This document shows, piece after piece, positions 10,401 through 20,377 of a stretch of 64,000 nucleotides of DNA; the stretch's first letter is position 1; each line of letters starts with the position of its first letter. This stretch comes from an uncultured Bacteroidales bacterium (GTDB lineage Bacteria > Bacteroidota > Bacteroidia > Bacteroidales > JAADJA01). A program made the translations under genes and the position numbers. A model generated the notes under the pieces. The model was not told the origin of the DNA and did no database searches. It saw nothing but the letters and a program-made list of their open reading frames with translations. Location: assembly GCA_963708435.1 (NCBI GenBank), contig CAVPSZ010000023.1:72765-136764 (forward strand). The letters are read 5' to 3'.

Positions 10401-11750
10401 ACTGGCAAAATAAATTTTGATCACAACCTGATCTCTTACGATAGTGTTCTTATTTGGGATTCATTAAATAATCAAGCCATTTCCAATGGTAAAATCACAC
10501 ATGATTATTTCAGGAATTTCAACCTTGATCTTAATTTTTCAGCTAAGAACCTATCCGGATTAAATACGACACGAGTACAAAATGAAACATTTTATGGTAC
10601 TGCTCTGGCAAGCGGCAATGTCAGCATTTATGGACCCCCAAGCAATCTCGCCTTGAAACTCGAGGTAAAATCGGAAAAGGGCACAAACATAAAGATTCCT
10701 GCTTCTTACGGATCAGAAATAGCTAACAATGACTTTATCGTATTTATTGATACAAGTAAAGAAATCCCTGATCCGGAGCTTAATTACGAGGTTGATATCA
10801 AGGGAATTACACTTGATCTGGGGTTAATTATTACACAGGATGCAAATATCCAATTGTTCCTGCCTTATCAAATGGGTAATATCCAGGCAAACGGAAGCGG
10901 AGATATTATCATGAATATTAATCCTGCGGGTGAAATGAGCATGAAAGGGGATTATATTATTAACAGAGGGTCATTCTTCCTGACCCTGCAAAACATAATC
11001 AACCGTGACTTTAATATCCGGCGTGGAAGTAAAGTCACGTGGACAGGAGATCCTTTCAATGCACAAATTGATCTTAAAGCCGTTTATAAGGTTAAAACTT
11101 CACTTGGGGAATATGGGCCTCCGGAAGATTCTGCTACAAGAGTCCATGTAGATTGTGTAATTGCTTTATCAAAAAACCTTGTTAATCCCGAAATAAAATT
11201 TACCATTGAGTTTCCCGAACTGAAGGAAAGTGATAAGCAATATATTTATTCCCAACTCGACACAACGGATCAGGCAATGATGAGCCAACAAATGATTTCC
11301 CTGCTCCTGCTCAACAGCTTTTCATATAGTTCAGGATCAACAGGCTCTGTCGGATTTAATACTTTTTCAATTTTAACAAACCAATTGAATAATTACCTGT
11401 CAGGATTAAGCAACAATCTGGATATTGGCCTCAATTACCGACCGGGTGGGCAATTGAGCTCTGATGAAGTTGACCTTGCCTTATCAACACGGCTATTTGA
11501 TGACAGGGTGACCATCGATGGAAATGTTGGGGTCAGAGGAAAAGAAAATACCAGCAATCTGATAGGCGAAGTGACTGTAGAAGTGAAAATTACTGATGAT
11601 GGCAGATTCAGAGCAAAGGTTTTCAATAAATCAAATAATGATGACCTTTACAAGAACTATGCTCCGTATACCCAGGGAGTAGGGGTTTTTTACACACAGG
11701 ATTTTCACCGGTTCAAAGATATATTCAGGCGAAAAGAACAAAATCAGTAG
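7425..11750 (+). CDS. tamB: translocation and assembly module protein TamB-like (DUF490)
   Basis: 1441 aa and divergent from tsaD, as is common in Bacteroidota. It has an N-terminal hydrophobic anchor, a long beta-rich body, and a C-terminal DUF490-like block. The start is uncertain because the TM helix continues upstream of the first ATG (see findings). Confidence 0.75.
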   Translation: MVILMKNPFVQTVLARAAANYLETKLNTTLKIARLEFNPFRRISLNNVLIMDQQQDTLLYTKELKVGWKKLSLKNPGFELKSIFINNADIRLKKYKNTTDLNYSFILDYFSSGKELSTDSSQKEPSSLSFFLEKINIINCRFIFEDQNDTATTEEINFSDIDLMIHNFETGNLSVNGDSIKADIRHLSFQEKSGFRVDSLSGKIIFCPSLLQAANLLVRTQNNDLNLDVIFAYGSMVSFNDFIHSVNIQANIRPSILNLYDVGYFAPILFELDNKTFVEGKISGTVDNFKTRDFKFSFGNETHFNGNIQMNGLPDFFETFIHLSIIDFNTSASDIVMFNLPIESNRIQLPEFLNKLGVININGKFTGFYNDFVSYGNFKSDLGQMNTDLLFKFKDKDNIEYKGNIATKDLRVGTIFEIETYLNNLTLKAEVKGHGLDFETMDLTANGVIQSIDFYNNNYKEIDISGNLRDKKFNGTVNINDELIKLGFKGIIDYSQMIPAYKFLAIVDSAQLNKMNLINKDSSIYLSTKINIDLSGNQFDNLLGIVQLDSTILIENGNSHIMNNFSLSFSRNGPDESKINLTSDLADLSMEGKFTFKDLPYFANKFINRYIDTVFVDLPANESIDNQDFSFELQFKNADPLTSLIIPQLKISKGTIIKGGYKSNEDDLFFDLGSDEISYKSISFCHLDVRVLVQNDDLIMKTSTGHLYVSDSLSFDSINCSFAAGRDSLFYDVNWNNRRWEAPNYGNLDGHILFYSPKDMVFQVDEGKIVVNDTVWEFEPASYISIDSSSLDFKNFGLKCTNQGMIVNGKISSDPADTLILKFDRFNLSNTDLFLKNSGIDLDGFLDGNLSIVNFYKTPNYLADMSISQLGFNKEKLGEAIIRSDWIPQNEAFNILAQIIYEGNVAKHTTLEVIGTYYPKKKNNNFDINIRLDNYKLHTLAPFIRDFSSKIEGLASGNLKLFGSTKEPELAGSLNIMRTNMKIDYLNVIYSLTGKINFDHNLISYDSVLIWDSLNNQAISNGKITHDYFRNFNLDLNFSAKNLSGLNTTRVQNETFYGTALASGNVSIYGPPSNLALKLEVKSEKGTNIKIPASYGSEIANNDFIVFIDTSKEIPDPELNYEVDIKGITLDLGLIITQDANIQLFLPYQMGNIQANGSGDIIMNINPAGEMSMKGDYIINRGSFFLTLQNIINRDFNIRRGSKVTWTGDPFNAQIDLKAVYKVKTSLGEYGPPEDSATRVHVDCVIALSKNLVNPEIKFTIEFPELKESDKQYIYSQLDTTDQAMMSQQMISLLLLNSFSYSSGSTGSVGFNTFSILTNQLNNYLSGLSNNLDIGLNYRPGGQLSSDEVDLALSTRLFDDRVTIDGNVGVRGKENTSNLIGEVTVEVKITDDGRFRAKVFNKSNNDDLYKNYAPYTQGVGVFYTQDFHRFKDIFRRKEQNQ

Positions 11751-11965
11751 TAAAGCAATTATTGATGATCTGATTAATTCTTGAATTCCCGGTAGCGTTT
11801 TTCATTCTAAGAGGTTAGCAAAGTACATGACCTTAAAAACATGAATCAATCAAAGGCCTTAATAAGCCTGCTTTGTGAAGAGATTTATCAATCAAACCCT
11901 TTTAACAATTCAAACAGACACAAAATGATTTTTATCTTTGCAAAAACTTTAATTCTCATGTTCAC

Positions 11966-12460
11966 ATGATCCAAAGAGTTCAAACAATATTTCTGACGCT
12001 GGCTGCAACTGCAATTTTAACAATGTTTTTCTATCCGGTCAGCAGCATAACTGAATTCACTAAATTGAAAACGGAAACCCTTGAAACGGACTACTATCAT
12101 CTTTTTCTGACTGGTTTCAATGATCCCTCAGCTGACAGCAAGCCCCAAATGAGTGCCTGGACTTTTGTCCCAATACTGGTATTAACCATAATGTTGCTTG
12201 TCCTGATCATTTATTCAATTTTCAGGTTTAAGAACAGGTTTCACCAGCTAAAAATGGTTAAACTTTCCATCTTTTTAAATATTCTTCTTGTTGCCGGGAT
12301 CTTCCTCAACTATCATAAGTTTTTTACTTCTGTCCCTACCATGATCGAGACTGGCGTAGGAGCTTATTTTCTTCTGGTGACCCTTGTGTTGCTGGTAGTA
12401 TCACACAGATTTATTTTAAAGGATGAAAAACTGATCCGCTCGGCTGACAGGCTCAGGTAA
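11966..12460 (+). CDS. DUF4293-like multi-pass membrane protein
   Basis: 164 aa starting MIQRVQTIFLTLAA, with about 4 hydrophobic helices. A possible -7 box, TATCTTTG, lies at 11933-11940. Confidence 0.55.
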   Translation: MIQRVQTIFLTLAATAILTMFFYPVSSITEFTKLKTETLETDYYHLFLTGFNDPSADSKPQMSAWTFVPILVLTIMLLVLIIYSIFRFKNRFHQLKMVKLSIFLNILLVAGIFLNYHKFFTSVPTMIETGVGAYFLLVTLVLLVVSHRFILKDEKLIRSADRLR

Positions 12461-12513
12461 GAGGTGATAAATCAGAGTTGAATTTAAACATAGCAATAAC
12501 AATTATCAACGGT

Positions 12514-13050
12514 TTATACTTTATTCCGTTGTTCGAGCTCAATTATTTCAAGGTTACTGATTTTATCTCCTTCAGCAGTAAACCTTATTAGGGTAATTAC
12601 CTTATGCATTCCAATTTTTCCGGCTGCGCCCGGATTAATATGGAGCAATTTGTATTTCTTGTCATAGATAACTTTCAGAATATGACTGTGCCCTGAGATA
12701 AATAGTCCGGGTTTTAAATCTATAATGATCTGCCTGATGTTCCTTTCATATTTTCCCGGATAACCTCCGATATGGGTCATCAGAACTTTGATGTTTTCAC
12801 ATTGGAAAACCTCCTTTACCGGAAGGATTTTTGTTAGGGGGTACCCGTCAATATTTCCATAAACGGCTCTTACAGGTTTTATTTTTCTTAGTTCATATAG
12901 TGTTTCCGGATTACCAATGTCGCCGGCATGCCAGATTTCATCGCAACCCGAAAACAAATCGGGTAACTTTGGATGCAGAAAACCATGTGTATCGGATAAC
13001 AAACCAACTTTTATCACGATAATGTCATTTGTTTTGCAGATTAAAAGCAA
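12514..13050 (-). CDS. YfcE/MJ0936-type metallophosphoesterase
   Basis: Motifs LSDTHG, WHAGDIG, GNIDG, MTHIGG and SGHSH, in the canonical order for calcineurin-like phosphoesterases. Confidence 0.8.
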   Translation of the reverse strand: MLLICKTNDIIVIKVGLLSDTHGFLHPKLPDLFSGCDEIWHAGDIGNPETLYELRKIKPVRAVYGNIDGYPLTKILPVKEVFQCENIKVLMTHIGGYPGKYERNIRQIIIDLKPGLFISGHSHILKVIYDKKYKLLHINPGAAGKIGMHKVITLIRFTAEGDKISNLEIIELEQRNKV

Positions 13051-13055
13051 TCAAA

Positions 13056-13880
13056 TTAATGGACCTGCCCGGGAGTAGGAATTGCCCCACTTACCGATCG
13101 CTTTGCAATGTCAAAGGTTATTTCAAGGCACATCCATGTTCTTACGGATTTCTCCTTCAATATTCCGGGAGACCACTTCAATAATTTCACTACCCGGATT
13201 GCCTCCTCCGTACATCCTCCCCCAACAGTTTTTTCAGTGAGAATATTGGATATTCTTCCGCTCGGTTCGATCACAAATTTAAGTTTGACTGTTCCGCTAA
13301 TATTCTGTTTGAACGCAGCTTCAGGATATTCCAGATGATTGGAGATGAAACTGCTGAAATTATAGTCTTTACTTGAATAAATGGGCTTTGGAGTAATATC
13401 TGTATCGAGCATTTGAAAAACAGTATAGCTTGTATCAACCGGCATGAAAGGATAATTGATTTTCTCATAACCCCTTGTTTTGACCCAGCCTTGATATTTC
13501 TTTATGTCAAATCTTAATTCAAAACTGTGCAAATAATCCACCGGTCGACCAAGGTCCGTTGCAGGATACCACAAAATCATCCGGCATATCCTCAAAGCCT
13601 CTTCATCTGTTTCTTTTGTTAAAGATTGGTTCACTTTATAATCAGTAACAGAACCATTGGCTTTGACAATAAATGATATTGTTACCAGTCCTTCAATATG
13701 GTTGCTTAAGGCTACTTCAGGATAAATCATTTCTTCCCTGATGAACTCATGCAGTAACCTTTTACCTCCATAGCATTCAGGCAGACTGATGTTTTGTGCT
13801 TTTACTTTTGGAAGACTTACAAAAATGCAAAGTAGGACAATTGCTATCTTCCACGGCAAATCTTTGCTCTTTGTTTTCAT
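13056..13880 (-). CDS. TonB-family protein with two TonB C-terminal-like domains
   Basis: Signal/anchor segment, then two copies of the pattern F....L.YPE.A....I.G.V...F.V...G.... Confidence 0.6.
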   Translation of the reverse strand: MKTKSKDLPWKIAIVLLCIFVSLPKVKAQNISLPECYGGKRLLHEFIREEMIYPEVALSNHIEGLVTISFIVKANGSVTDYKVNQSLTKETDEEALRICRMILWYPATDLGRPVDYLHSFELRFDIKKYQGWVKTRGYEKINYPFMPVDTSYTVFQMLDTDITPKPIYSSKDYNFSSFISNHLEYPEAAFKQNISGTVKLKFVIEPSGRISNILTEKTVGGGCTEEAIRVVKLLKWSPGILKEKSVRTWMCLEITFDIAKRSVSGAIPTPGQVH

Positions 13881-13989
13881 TTCATAAATGTTTTATCGCA
13901 ATAAAAGTAAGCATATTCCTGACAGCATGGAATTCTAATAATGTTGATTAAGCAGATAATTCAGAACCGACTTGAATTTCGGTCAAACA

Positions 13990-14148
13990 TCATCCATTCT
14001 TTTTATACCGGTCAGCTTCTTTCAAAGCCTTTTGAATAAGCCATTCCAACTGCCCATTGACGCTCCTGAACTCATCGGCGGCCCATTTTTCAATGGCAGC
14101 CATTACCTCCGGATCAATCCGTAATACAAATGGTTTCTTTTTCGACAT
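13990..14148 (-). CDS. small Arc/ribbon-helix-helix DNA-binding protein (52 aa, below the ORF-track cutoff)
   Basis: Own translation: MSKKKPFVLRIDPEVMAAIEKWAADEFRSVNGQLEWLIQKALKEADRYKKNG. This shows the beta-strand / helix / helix pattern of Arc/MetJ-type RHH proteins. It lies 45 bp downstream of the preceding gene on the same strand. Confidence 0.6.
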   Translation of the reverse strand: MSKKKPFVLRIDPEVMAAIEKWAADEFRSVNGQLEWLIQKALKEADRYKKNG

Positions 14149-14193
14149 TATTAACTTAAGCTAATGATTACGTAACTGTGGAACATAAAAACC

Positions 14194-14733
14194 TTAATTC
14201 TCATTCATCATTTTGGCCATAGCTGATCCAATCGCGGCTTTTCTTTGTGTTCCCAAAAGGATTTTTTTACCATTCTTCAGATAAAGCTGTAAGCCTATGT
14301 TTCCACTAACATTGTAGGCTACACCTATATTCCGTCTCCATTTATGTCGCTGTCGGATTCCCCAGCCTCCATATTCCTGAAGAGGCTTATATTGTCTTAC
14401 TTCATAACGCTCAATTTCTTCGGGACTGATCTTTTTTTCTCTTATAATAAAAGGCGGGTATTTATAAAACAGCCCTTTGTCCCGAATTTGAATCACCATC
14501 TTTGTTTTTAGCATCAAAAAGAGAATACCAATAATAATCAGATTAACTCCGAGGGTAACACCAATCAGTCCCAAATCCGACATCGGTTCATCTCCCCAGG
14601 GCTTACCTAAAATAATCTGCTTATATATTCCAATCCCCAAAATTACATTTATAACAGCCCAGGAAGGAAACATTATTAACCAAACAAATGTTGACTTGAA
14701 TCTTTGTTCTTCTGTAAAAAGTACTTTTTCCAT
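14194..14733 (-). CDS. membrane protein with two TM helices and a C-terminal bacterial PH-like domain
   Basis: 179 aa with two hydrophobic helices followed by a soluble ~90-aa domain. It lies 19 bp downstream of the SPFH gene. Confidence 0.4.
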   Translation of the reverse strand: MEKVLFTEEQRFKSTFVWLIMFPSWAVINVILGIGIYKQIILGKPWGDEPMSDLGLIGVTLGVNLIIIGILFLMLKTKMVIQIRDKGLFYKYPPFIIREKKISPEEIERYEVRQYKPLQEYGGWGIRQRHKWRRNIGVAYNVSGNIGLQLYLKNGKKILLGTQRKAAIGSAMAKMMNEN

Positions 14734-14752
14734 TGAAACAAATTATTAAAAT

Positions 14753-15619
14753 TTAGTGGTATAAAGTCCCGGTATTGACCACCGGAGTAGCATCTTTATC
14801 AGAGCATAAAACGACCATCAGGTTGCTGACCATTGAGGCTTTCTTCTCCTCATCGAGATCAACAATTTTCTTTTTTGATAAATTATCTAGCGCCATCTCA
14901 ACCATACTAACGGCGCCTTCAACGATCTTAAACCTGGCAGCAACCACAGCCGTAGCCTGCTGACGCCTCAACATGGCGCTGGCGATTTCCTGTGCATAAG
15001 CCAGGTAATTGATACGTGCTTCAATTACTTTAACCCCTGCGATGGCAAGCCTTTCCGTGATCTCGTCCTCAAGCAGTTTATTCACTTCTTCCTTTCCTCC
15101 CCGGAGCGTGATTTTGGCATCTTCATCCTCCAGGTTATCATAAGGAAATTCACCCGCCATTTTGCGCACTGCCGCTTCGCTTTGGATGGTAACAAAATGT
15201 TCATAATCATCCACCTCAAAAGCAGCTTTAAAGGTGTTTTCCACTTTCCAAACCAGGACAACACCGATCATAACCGGATTCCCGATCTTATCGTTCACTT
15301 TTATGGGCTCACTGTCGAGGTTGCGGGCGCGCAGGGAGATTTTCTTCCGGTTAAAAAACGGATTGACCCACCAGAAACCATTTTCCTTGATGGTCCCTTT
15401 ATAGGCGCCGAAAAGAACCATCACACTCGATTCGTTTGGATTGACAATAGAGAAACCACCCAGGCAAAACACTGCGACGAAAAGCACTACCCCTGCAAAA
15501 ATTTTATTTAAAATTCCCGGGATAAAAATGAGTACAAGAACCATCGCTACAATCAGCACAATTTCGATAAACAGGGCCATATAGCCCGACTTTGCTTTAA
15601 AATCTTTTTCTGTTTTCAT
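14753..15619 (-). CDS. SPFH/band 7 domain membrane protein
   Basis: 288 aa. N-terminal TM helices, then an SPFH core (VMVLFGAYKGT...VNDKIGNPV...) and a coiled-coil region (EIASAMLRRQQATAVVAAR). Confidence 0.8.
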   Translation of the reverse strand: MKTEKDFKAKSGYMALFIEIVLIVAMVLVLIFIPGILNKIFAGVVLFVAVFCLGGFSIVNPNESSVMVLFGAYKGTIKENGFWWVNPFFNRKKISLRARNLDSEPIKVNDKIGNPVMIGVVLVWKVENTFKAAFEVDDYEHFVTIQSEAAVRKMAGEFPYDNLEDEDAKITLRGGKEEVNKLLEDEITERLAIAGVKVIEARINYLAYAQEIASAMLRRQQATAVVAARFKIVEGAVSMVEMALDNLSKKKIVDLDEEKKASMVSNLMVVLCSDKDATPVVNTGTLYH

Positions 15620-15812
15620 GTTGTTAAATTTAAAATGATATTAAAATGATATTGCAATGATACAACATTTTAATATCCGAAGTCAAGTTTTTTTGAAAAT
15701 ATTTTTTATAAATTTTTTATGTCACTGAAAATCAATAAGATTTTTTATGCAAAACAGAAACGTTTTCACTAATTCTATTTTTTAATAATTAAATGCGACT
15801 AATAGCCATTCA

Positions 15813-18800
15813 ATGATTAAAACCATTTTCAAGTTGGGAATTATTTTTAACTTTACCCCTGCTAAAAAAAATAATGACATGAAAACAATTTGCCGATTAT
15901 ATTACATTATATTAATTCTGGTTTTTATAAATATTTCTTTCGAGCTTCATTCCCAATACTCCCTCGACTTCAATGGCGAAGGCGATTATGTTGCGCTCAA
16001 TGGAACCGATATAACTCCACCCTGGACAATGGAAATTATGGTAAATAAAAATGAGACCGACAACTATCAGCACCTTCTTACCGGTACAGATGGTAACAGC
16101 GGTATCCGTATTGAACAGTGGTGGGGAACTCAGGTCGGCTTTACACAGTCCGGTGTTATGGACTGGTATTTCAATTATGTTTGTCCCCTCGGGCAGTGGA
16201 TACCTTTGGCAATTACCAACAACGGCACAACCTCAAAGCTTTATGTCAATGGAACACTCAACAGTTCAGTGAATGCTTCCATCAATTTCCCGATGAAGTG
16301 GATCAGCAAGAACACCAATGATGCATCACTTAAGGCTAAGATTGATGAGTTGAGGATCTGGAATATTGTCCTTAGCGATGCCGTGATCCTTCAATACGCT
16401 GGTCAGACGGTCGAACCTTCTCACCCGAATTATGTGAATCTGCTGCATTATTATAAATTCGACGAAGGGAGCGGAAACATATGCTACGATTCCAAAGGCG
16501 CTTTGAACGGAACCATCTATGGTGCGGTCTATTATTTTCCCACAAACAATGATGCAGGAGTCCTCAAACTTGTTGCGCCGGAAAATTCTCCGGATAATTA
16601 TTCATGGGAAGAACCCCTGATTGTGCGGGTGAAAAATTTCGGAGCACAGAATATCACTGAAGATTTTACGGTTTCCTATTCGCTTCAGGGGACTTTACAG
16701 GAAACAAAAACCATACCCGCAGGAACAGTCCCGCTTCTTTCGAACCAGACTATAGATGTCGAGTTCACGTCTGTGAACCTGAATGCTTCGGGTTCTTACA
16801 ATTTTGAGTTTTATACGTCACTGCAGAACGATGAAAACGCGCAAAACGACACTTTAACCAAAACACTTGTCAGTGTATCGAACGTAATCGGAAACATAAC
16901 TAATTTTTCAGTCGACACCTGCACTGCTCTGATCACTTGCGGGACAACTAAAGTAAGGGTGATCTTTTACAAGGATGAGATGTTCCGCATCTGGCTGGCT
17001 CCAAACGGCAATTTTTCTAATCCGGCAGGGAACAATATCGTTGTCAGTTATAATTTCCCTTTGATCAGTATCAACTGGTCGGATGAAGGTAATTATTATA
17101 AGATTTCAACTAATGAATTGGTCTTAAGGGCTTATAAAAATCCCTTGAAGTTTGCGCTTTATCAATTCGATAATACTACCGAAATCTGGAATGAGGCTTA
17201 TGGCCTGGATTATGGAACCCGGACCTTCCAGTATCTAGAAACAGCTGACAATGAGTACTTCTATGGTGGTGGAATGCAAAACGGCTATTTTTCACATAAG
17301 GGAACAAAGATCAAGATTTCGAAAGAGACCGAGAATTGGGACAACGGCGCTGTACCCAATCCGGTTCCTTTTTACATGAGCACATATGGATATGGTTGTT
17401 TTAGAAATACCTTTTCACCAGGAGAATATGATTTCAGAGGTAGCGCATATACCAGAACCTCGCATAATGAAAACCGCTTCGATTGCTTTTATTTCTATGG
17501 ACCATCGCTAAAAGAAATACTTAATGGTTATACGGAACTTACTGGTCGCCCATCTTTGATTCCCCGCTGGGGGCTTGAACTTGGAGATGCTGATTGTTAT
17601 AACCTGAATGGACAAACTACTCCGGATGTGATTGAGCTGGTAGCTGATCCATACCGTAACAACGACCTGCCCGGCGGCTGGATACTTCCCAACGATGGCT
17701 ATGGATGTGGTTACACAGATTTGCCCAATGTTGTTTCCGAACTTCATGAAAGGGGATTTTGGACCGGGTTATGGACAGAGGATGGGGTAAGCCAAATAGC
17801 CTGGGAAGTTGGCACCGCAGGAACAAGGGCTTGCAAACTTGATGTCGCCTGGGTAGGTGCTGGCTACCAGAATGCACTAAATGCTTGTAAAGCAGCTTAT
17901 AATGGAATTGAACAAAACTGTAATGATCGTGCCTATGTGTGGTCGGTGTGCGGATGGGCAGGGACACAACGTTATTCAGTTGTATGGTCCGGAGACCAGT
18001 CGGGAAACTTTGAATACATCCGTTTTCATATTCCGACATTCATTGGTTCAGGCTTATCAGGATATAATTATGCCTCCAGCGACGTGGACGGAATTTTCGG
18101 GGGCAGCAGCACATCGTATGTTCGTGATTTGCAATGGAAAACTTTTATTCCGGTCACCTATTGCATGTCGGGATGGGCCGCGAACGACAAGCACCCATGG
18201 AATTACGGAACAAATATCACCAACATAAACAGGAATTACCTGAAATTAAAGATGCGTCTTACACCCTATCTCTATACTTATTGCAATGCCGCCTTTGAAT
18301 CAGGAATACCTGTTGTTCGGGCTATGTTACTGGAACATCCCGAGGATCCTGTTTGCCTCGACAAAACCACTCAATATCAATTTATGAGCGGCGAATGGTT
18401 CCTTGTTGCACCGGTTTACAAGCCTTTCCTGGAGCGAGATAGCATTTATTTCCCAGCCGGAAAATGGATTGACTACTGGAGCGGCAATGTTTACCAAGGA
18501 CCAGAAACCCTTAATGATTATCCGGCTGATCTCTCAAAATGCCCTGTATTTGTGAAAGCCGGAGCAATAATTCCCATGTATCCTGAGATGCTTTACGATA
18601 ATCAGTATCCCAAAGATCCGGTTACTTTTGATATTTATCCGCATGGCTATTCTTCCTTCGAATTGTATGAGGACGATGGCATATCAAGGGAACACCGGAA
18701 TGGAGCTTTCGCAAAAACTTTAATTGAATCTGAAGGTCCAATTTTCGGTAATGGTGGCGATGTGATCATCACGGTTAATGAAAGTGCCGGAACTTATGAA

Positions 18801-19292
18801 GGAAAACCTGATGCACGCTCCAATCTTTTCCAAGTGCATTTTCATGTTAAACCGGATGGCGTTTTGTTGAATGAAGCCGGGTTGAATGAATACGCCACAC
18901 TTGAAGAATTACAGCAGGCTTCCGACGGCTGGTTTTATGATCCGGCTGAAAAATTGGGAATCGTTCATATTAAAACCCAATCCTTGCCAACCAATGCTTC
19001 CTTCCAGGTTAAACTTTTGGCTGTCACAAACGTGCCTGATGGTCAAACAGAGAAAGGTATCAGGATGTTCCCCAATCCAACATCAGGATCAGTTTTAGTT
19101 TCGTCCGATGACAGCATTTGGCAGATCAGTGTTTACGACTTCAATGGAAAACCTATAATCAGTAAAACTCATTTAAGCAACAATAATAAAAATGTTAAAG
19201 TTGATCTTTCAACGTGGCCTAATGGAGTGTATTTTCTTGAAGTAAAAACTGAATCTGGCTCAGTAAGCCGAAAGATAAATTTAGTGAAATAA
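15813..19292 (+). CDS. glycoside hydrolase family 31 enzyme with N-terminal LamG-like domain and T9SS C-terminal domain
   Basis: LamG-like block (DELRIWN). GH31 catalytic blocks (ACKLDVAWVG as candidate nucleophile region, VWSGDQSG as acid/base region). C-terminus MFPNPTSGSVLV...WPNGVYFLEV. The likely true start is the ATG at 15879 (MKTICRLYYIILILVF signal peptide). Confidence 0.75.
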   Translation: MIKTIFKLGIIFNFTPAKKNNDMKTICRLYYIILILVFINISFELHSQYSLDFNGEGDYVALNGTDITPPWTMEIMVNKNETDNYQHLLTGTDGNSGIRIEQWWGTQVGFTQSGVMDWYFNYVCPLGQWIPLAITNNGTTSKLYVNGTLNSSVNASINFPMKWISKNTNDASLKAKIDELRIWNIVLSDAVILQYAGQTVEPSHPNYVNLLHYYKFDEGSGNICYDSKGALNGTIYGAVYYFPTNNDAGVLKLVAPENSPDNYSWEEPLIVRVKNFGAQNITEDFTVSYSLQGTLQETKTIPAGTVPLLSNQTIDVEFTSVNLNASGSYNFEFYTSLQNDENAQNDTLTKTLVSVSNVIGNITNFSVDTCTALITCGTTKVRVIFYKDEMFRIWLAPNGNFSNPAGNNIVVSYNFPLISINWSDEGNYYKISTNELVLRAYKNPLKFALYQFDNTTEIWNEAYGLDYGTRTFQYLETADNEYFYGGGMQNGYFSHKGTKIKISKETENWDNGAVPNPVPFYMSTYGYGCFRNTFSPGEYDFRGSAYTRTSHNENRFDCFYFYGPSLKEILNGYTELTGRPSLIPRWGLELGDADCYNLNGQTTPDVIELVADPYRNNDLPGGWILPNDGYGCGYTDLPNVVSELHERGFWTGLWTEDGVSQIAWEVGTAGTRACKLDVAWVGAGYQNALNACKAAYNGIEQNCNDRAYVWSVCGWAGTQRYSVVWSGDQSGNFEYIRFHIPTFIGSGLSGYNYASSDVDGIFGGSSTSYVRDLQWKTFIPVTYCMSGWAANDKHPWNYGTNITNINRNYLKLKMRLTPYLYTYCNAAFESGIPVVRAMLLEHPEDPVCLDKTTQYQFMSGEWFLVAPVYKPFLERDSIYFPAGKWIDYWSGNVYQGPETLNDYPADLSKCPVFVKAGAIIPMYPEMLYDNQYPKDPVTFDIYPHGYSSFELYEDDGISREHRNGAFAKTLIESEGPIFGNGGDVIITVNESAGTYEGKPDARSNLFQVHFHVKPDGVLLNEAGLNEYATLEELQQASDGWFYDPAEKLGIVHIKTQSLPTNASFQVKLLAVTNVPDGQTEKGIRMFPNPTSGSVLVSSDDSIWQISVYDFNGKPIISKTHLSNNNKNVKVDLSTWPNGVYFLEVKTESGSVSRKINLVK

Positions 19293-19326
19293 AGATTAGA
19301 TCTGCCTACAAGTATTGAGATAATAG

Positions 19327-19362
19327 AAGGCTGGTTAATAGTTCAAACAAACCGGCCTTTTC
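19327..19362 (+). terminator. terminator between convergent genes
   Basis: Stem AAGGCTGGTT (19327-19336) / AACCGGCCTT (19350-19359) with one G-U pair, followed by TTTT. Confidence 0.55.
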
Positions 19363-19393
19363 GTGTCAGCGAATTAGAAGGTAATTGCGTAAA

Positions 19394-20251
19394 TCACGGA
19401 CAAACCATATCCAAAAGCAATTCGTCCCAGCAATGCCATTCAGCATTTCCGAAGTGGTCTTCATCTTTTACACGACCATTTTTATTTGCGCGGCTCCATT
19501 CAATGGTCAGAAGATTGTCGGCACTGGCACCATAAATATGATAATAGGCATCAAATGGTGAATTGGTATTAATTCCGTAAAAAATATAGCCACCGTTTTC
19601 CGGTGCACCAACCTTTACATTCGTGTACTTGATGTCACCTTCCGTTCCTAAGGTATTTCTATTCCATTCGATTAGGATAATTTCACCTGGATTATTCGGA
19701 TTTTCATTAACGTGCCATTCACCTTGCGTATTCGAAAGGTTTGATAGTCCATTGTACCAGAGAAAATCGCTGAAAGCGTTGGTTTTCGAAATGTACATTT
19801 CCCATTTAACCCCTTCCGGTACCAGAGAAGCCTTTAATTCGGCAAGGTGCATAACGCCTCCCGCCATAAAATTATAGGACCATATCCATTTTTGTTCAGT
19901 GGGATTCCATACTCCCTGGTGGTTGAACGATTCATAAAATGATGCAACCGGAATTGCAAATGTAACTGTCAACAGAAAATTCCAGACTCCAGCATTCCAT
20001 GCAGACCATCCCCAATTATTATATGTCAGGCTGTTTTTGTAAGCTGTCGTATCAATATTGGTATAATCGGAAAAATCAATCGCAAAAGTTGAGACTGGTG
20101 GAATTGCCGGTGCCGGCTGCGGTTCGGCTGACTCATCTTCTTTAGTGCAACTTGTTACCAGCATAAGAAAACAAGACAAAACCAGAATTCTCAAAATGAA
20201 TATTCCCGAAGAGATCTTTTCTAATGTTTTCATATCTTTTAATTTTATCAT
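19394..20251 (-). CDS. hypothetical lipoprotein
   Basis: Lipobox LVTSC after a hydrophobic segment, followed by a Trp/Asn-rich body. I recognise no family. Confidence 0.5.
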   Translation of the reverse strand: MIKLKDMKTLEKISSGIFILRILVLSCFLMLVTSCTKEDESAEPQPAPAIPPVSTFAIDFSDYTNIDTTAYKNSLTYNNWGWSAWNAGVWNFLLTVTFAIPVASFYESFNHQGVWNPTEQKWIWSYNFMAGGVMHLAELKASLVPEGVKWEMYISKTNAFSDFLWYNGLSNLSNTQGEWHVNENPNNPGEIILIEWNRNTLGTEGDIKYTNVKVGAPENGGYIFYGINTNSPFDAYYHIYGASADNLLTIEWSRANKNGRVKDEDHFGNAEWHCWDELLLDMVCP

Positions 20252-20377
20252 TTAACAATCAGTACACATTTTTGTTACAGTTTTATTTTCTCTTGTTCTG
20301 GTAATACACATCAAAGTTCATTTACCCTTAGTTAGTATCTTGTAATTATAGTAAATTTGTTCCGTCATTGCATCTAA

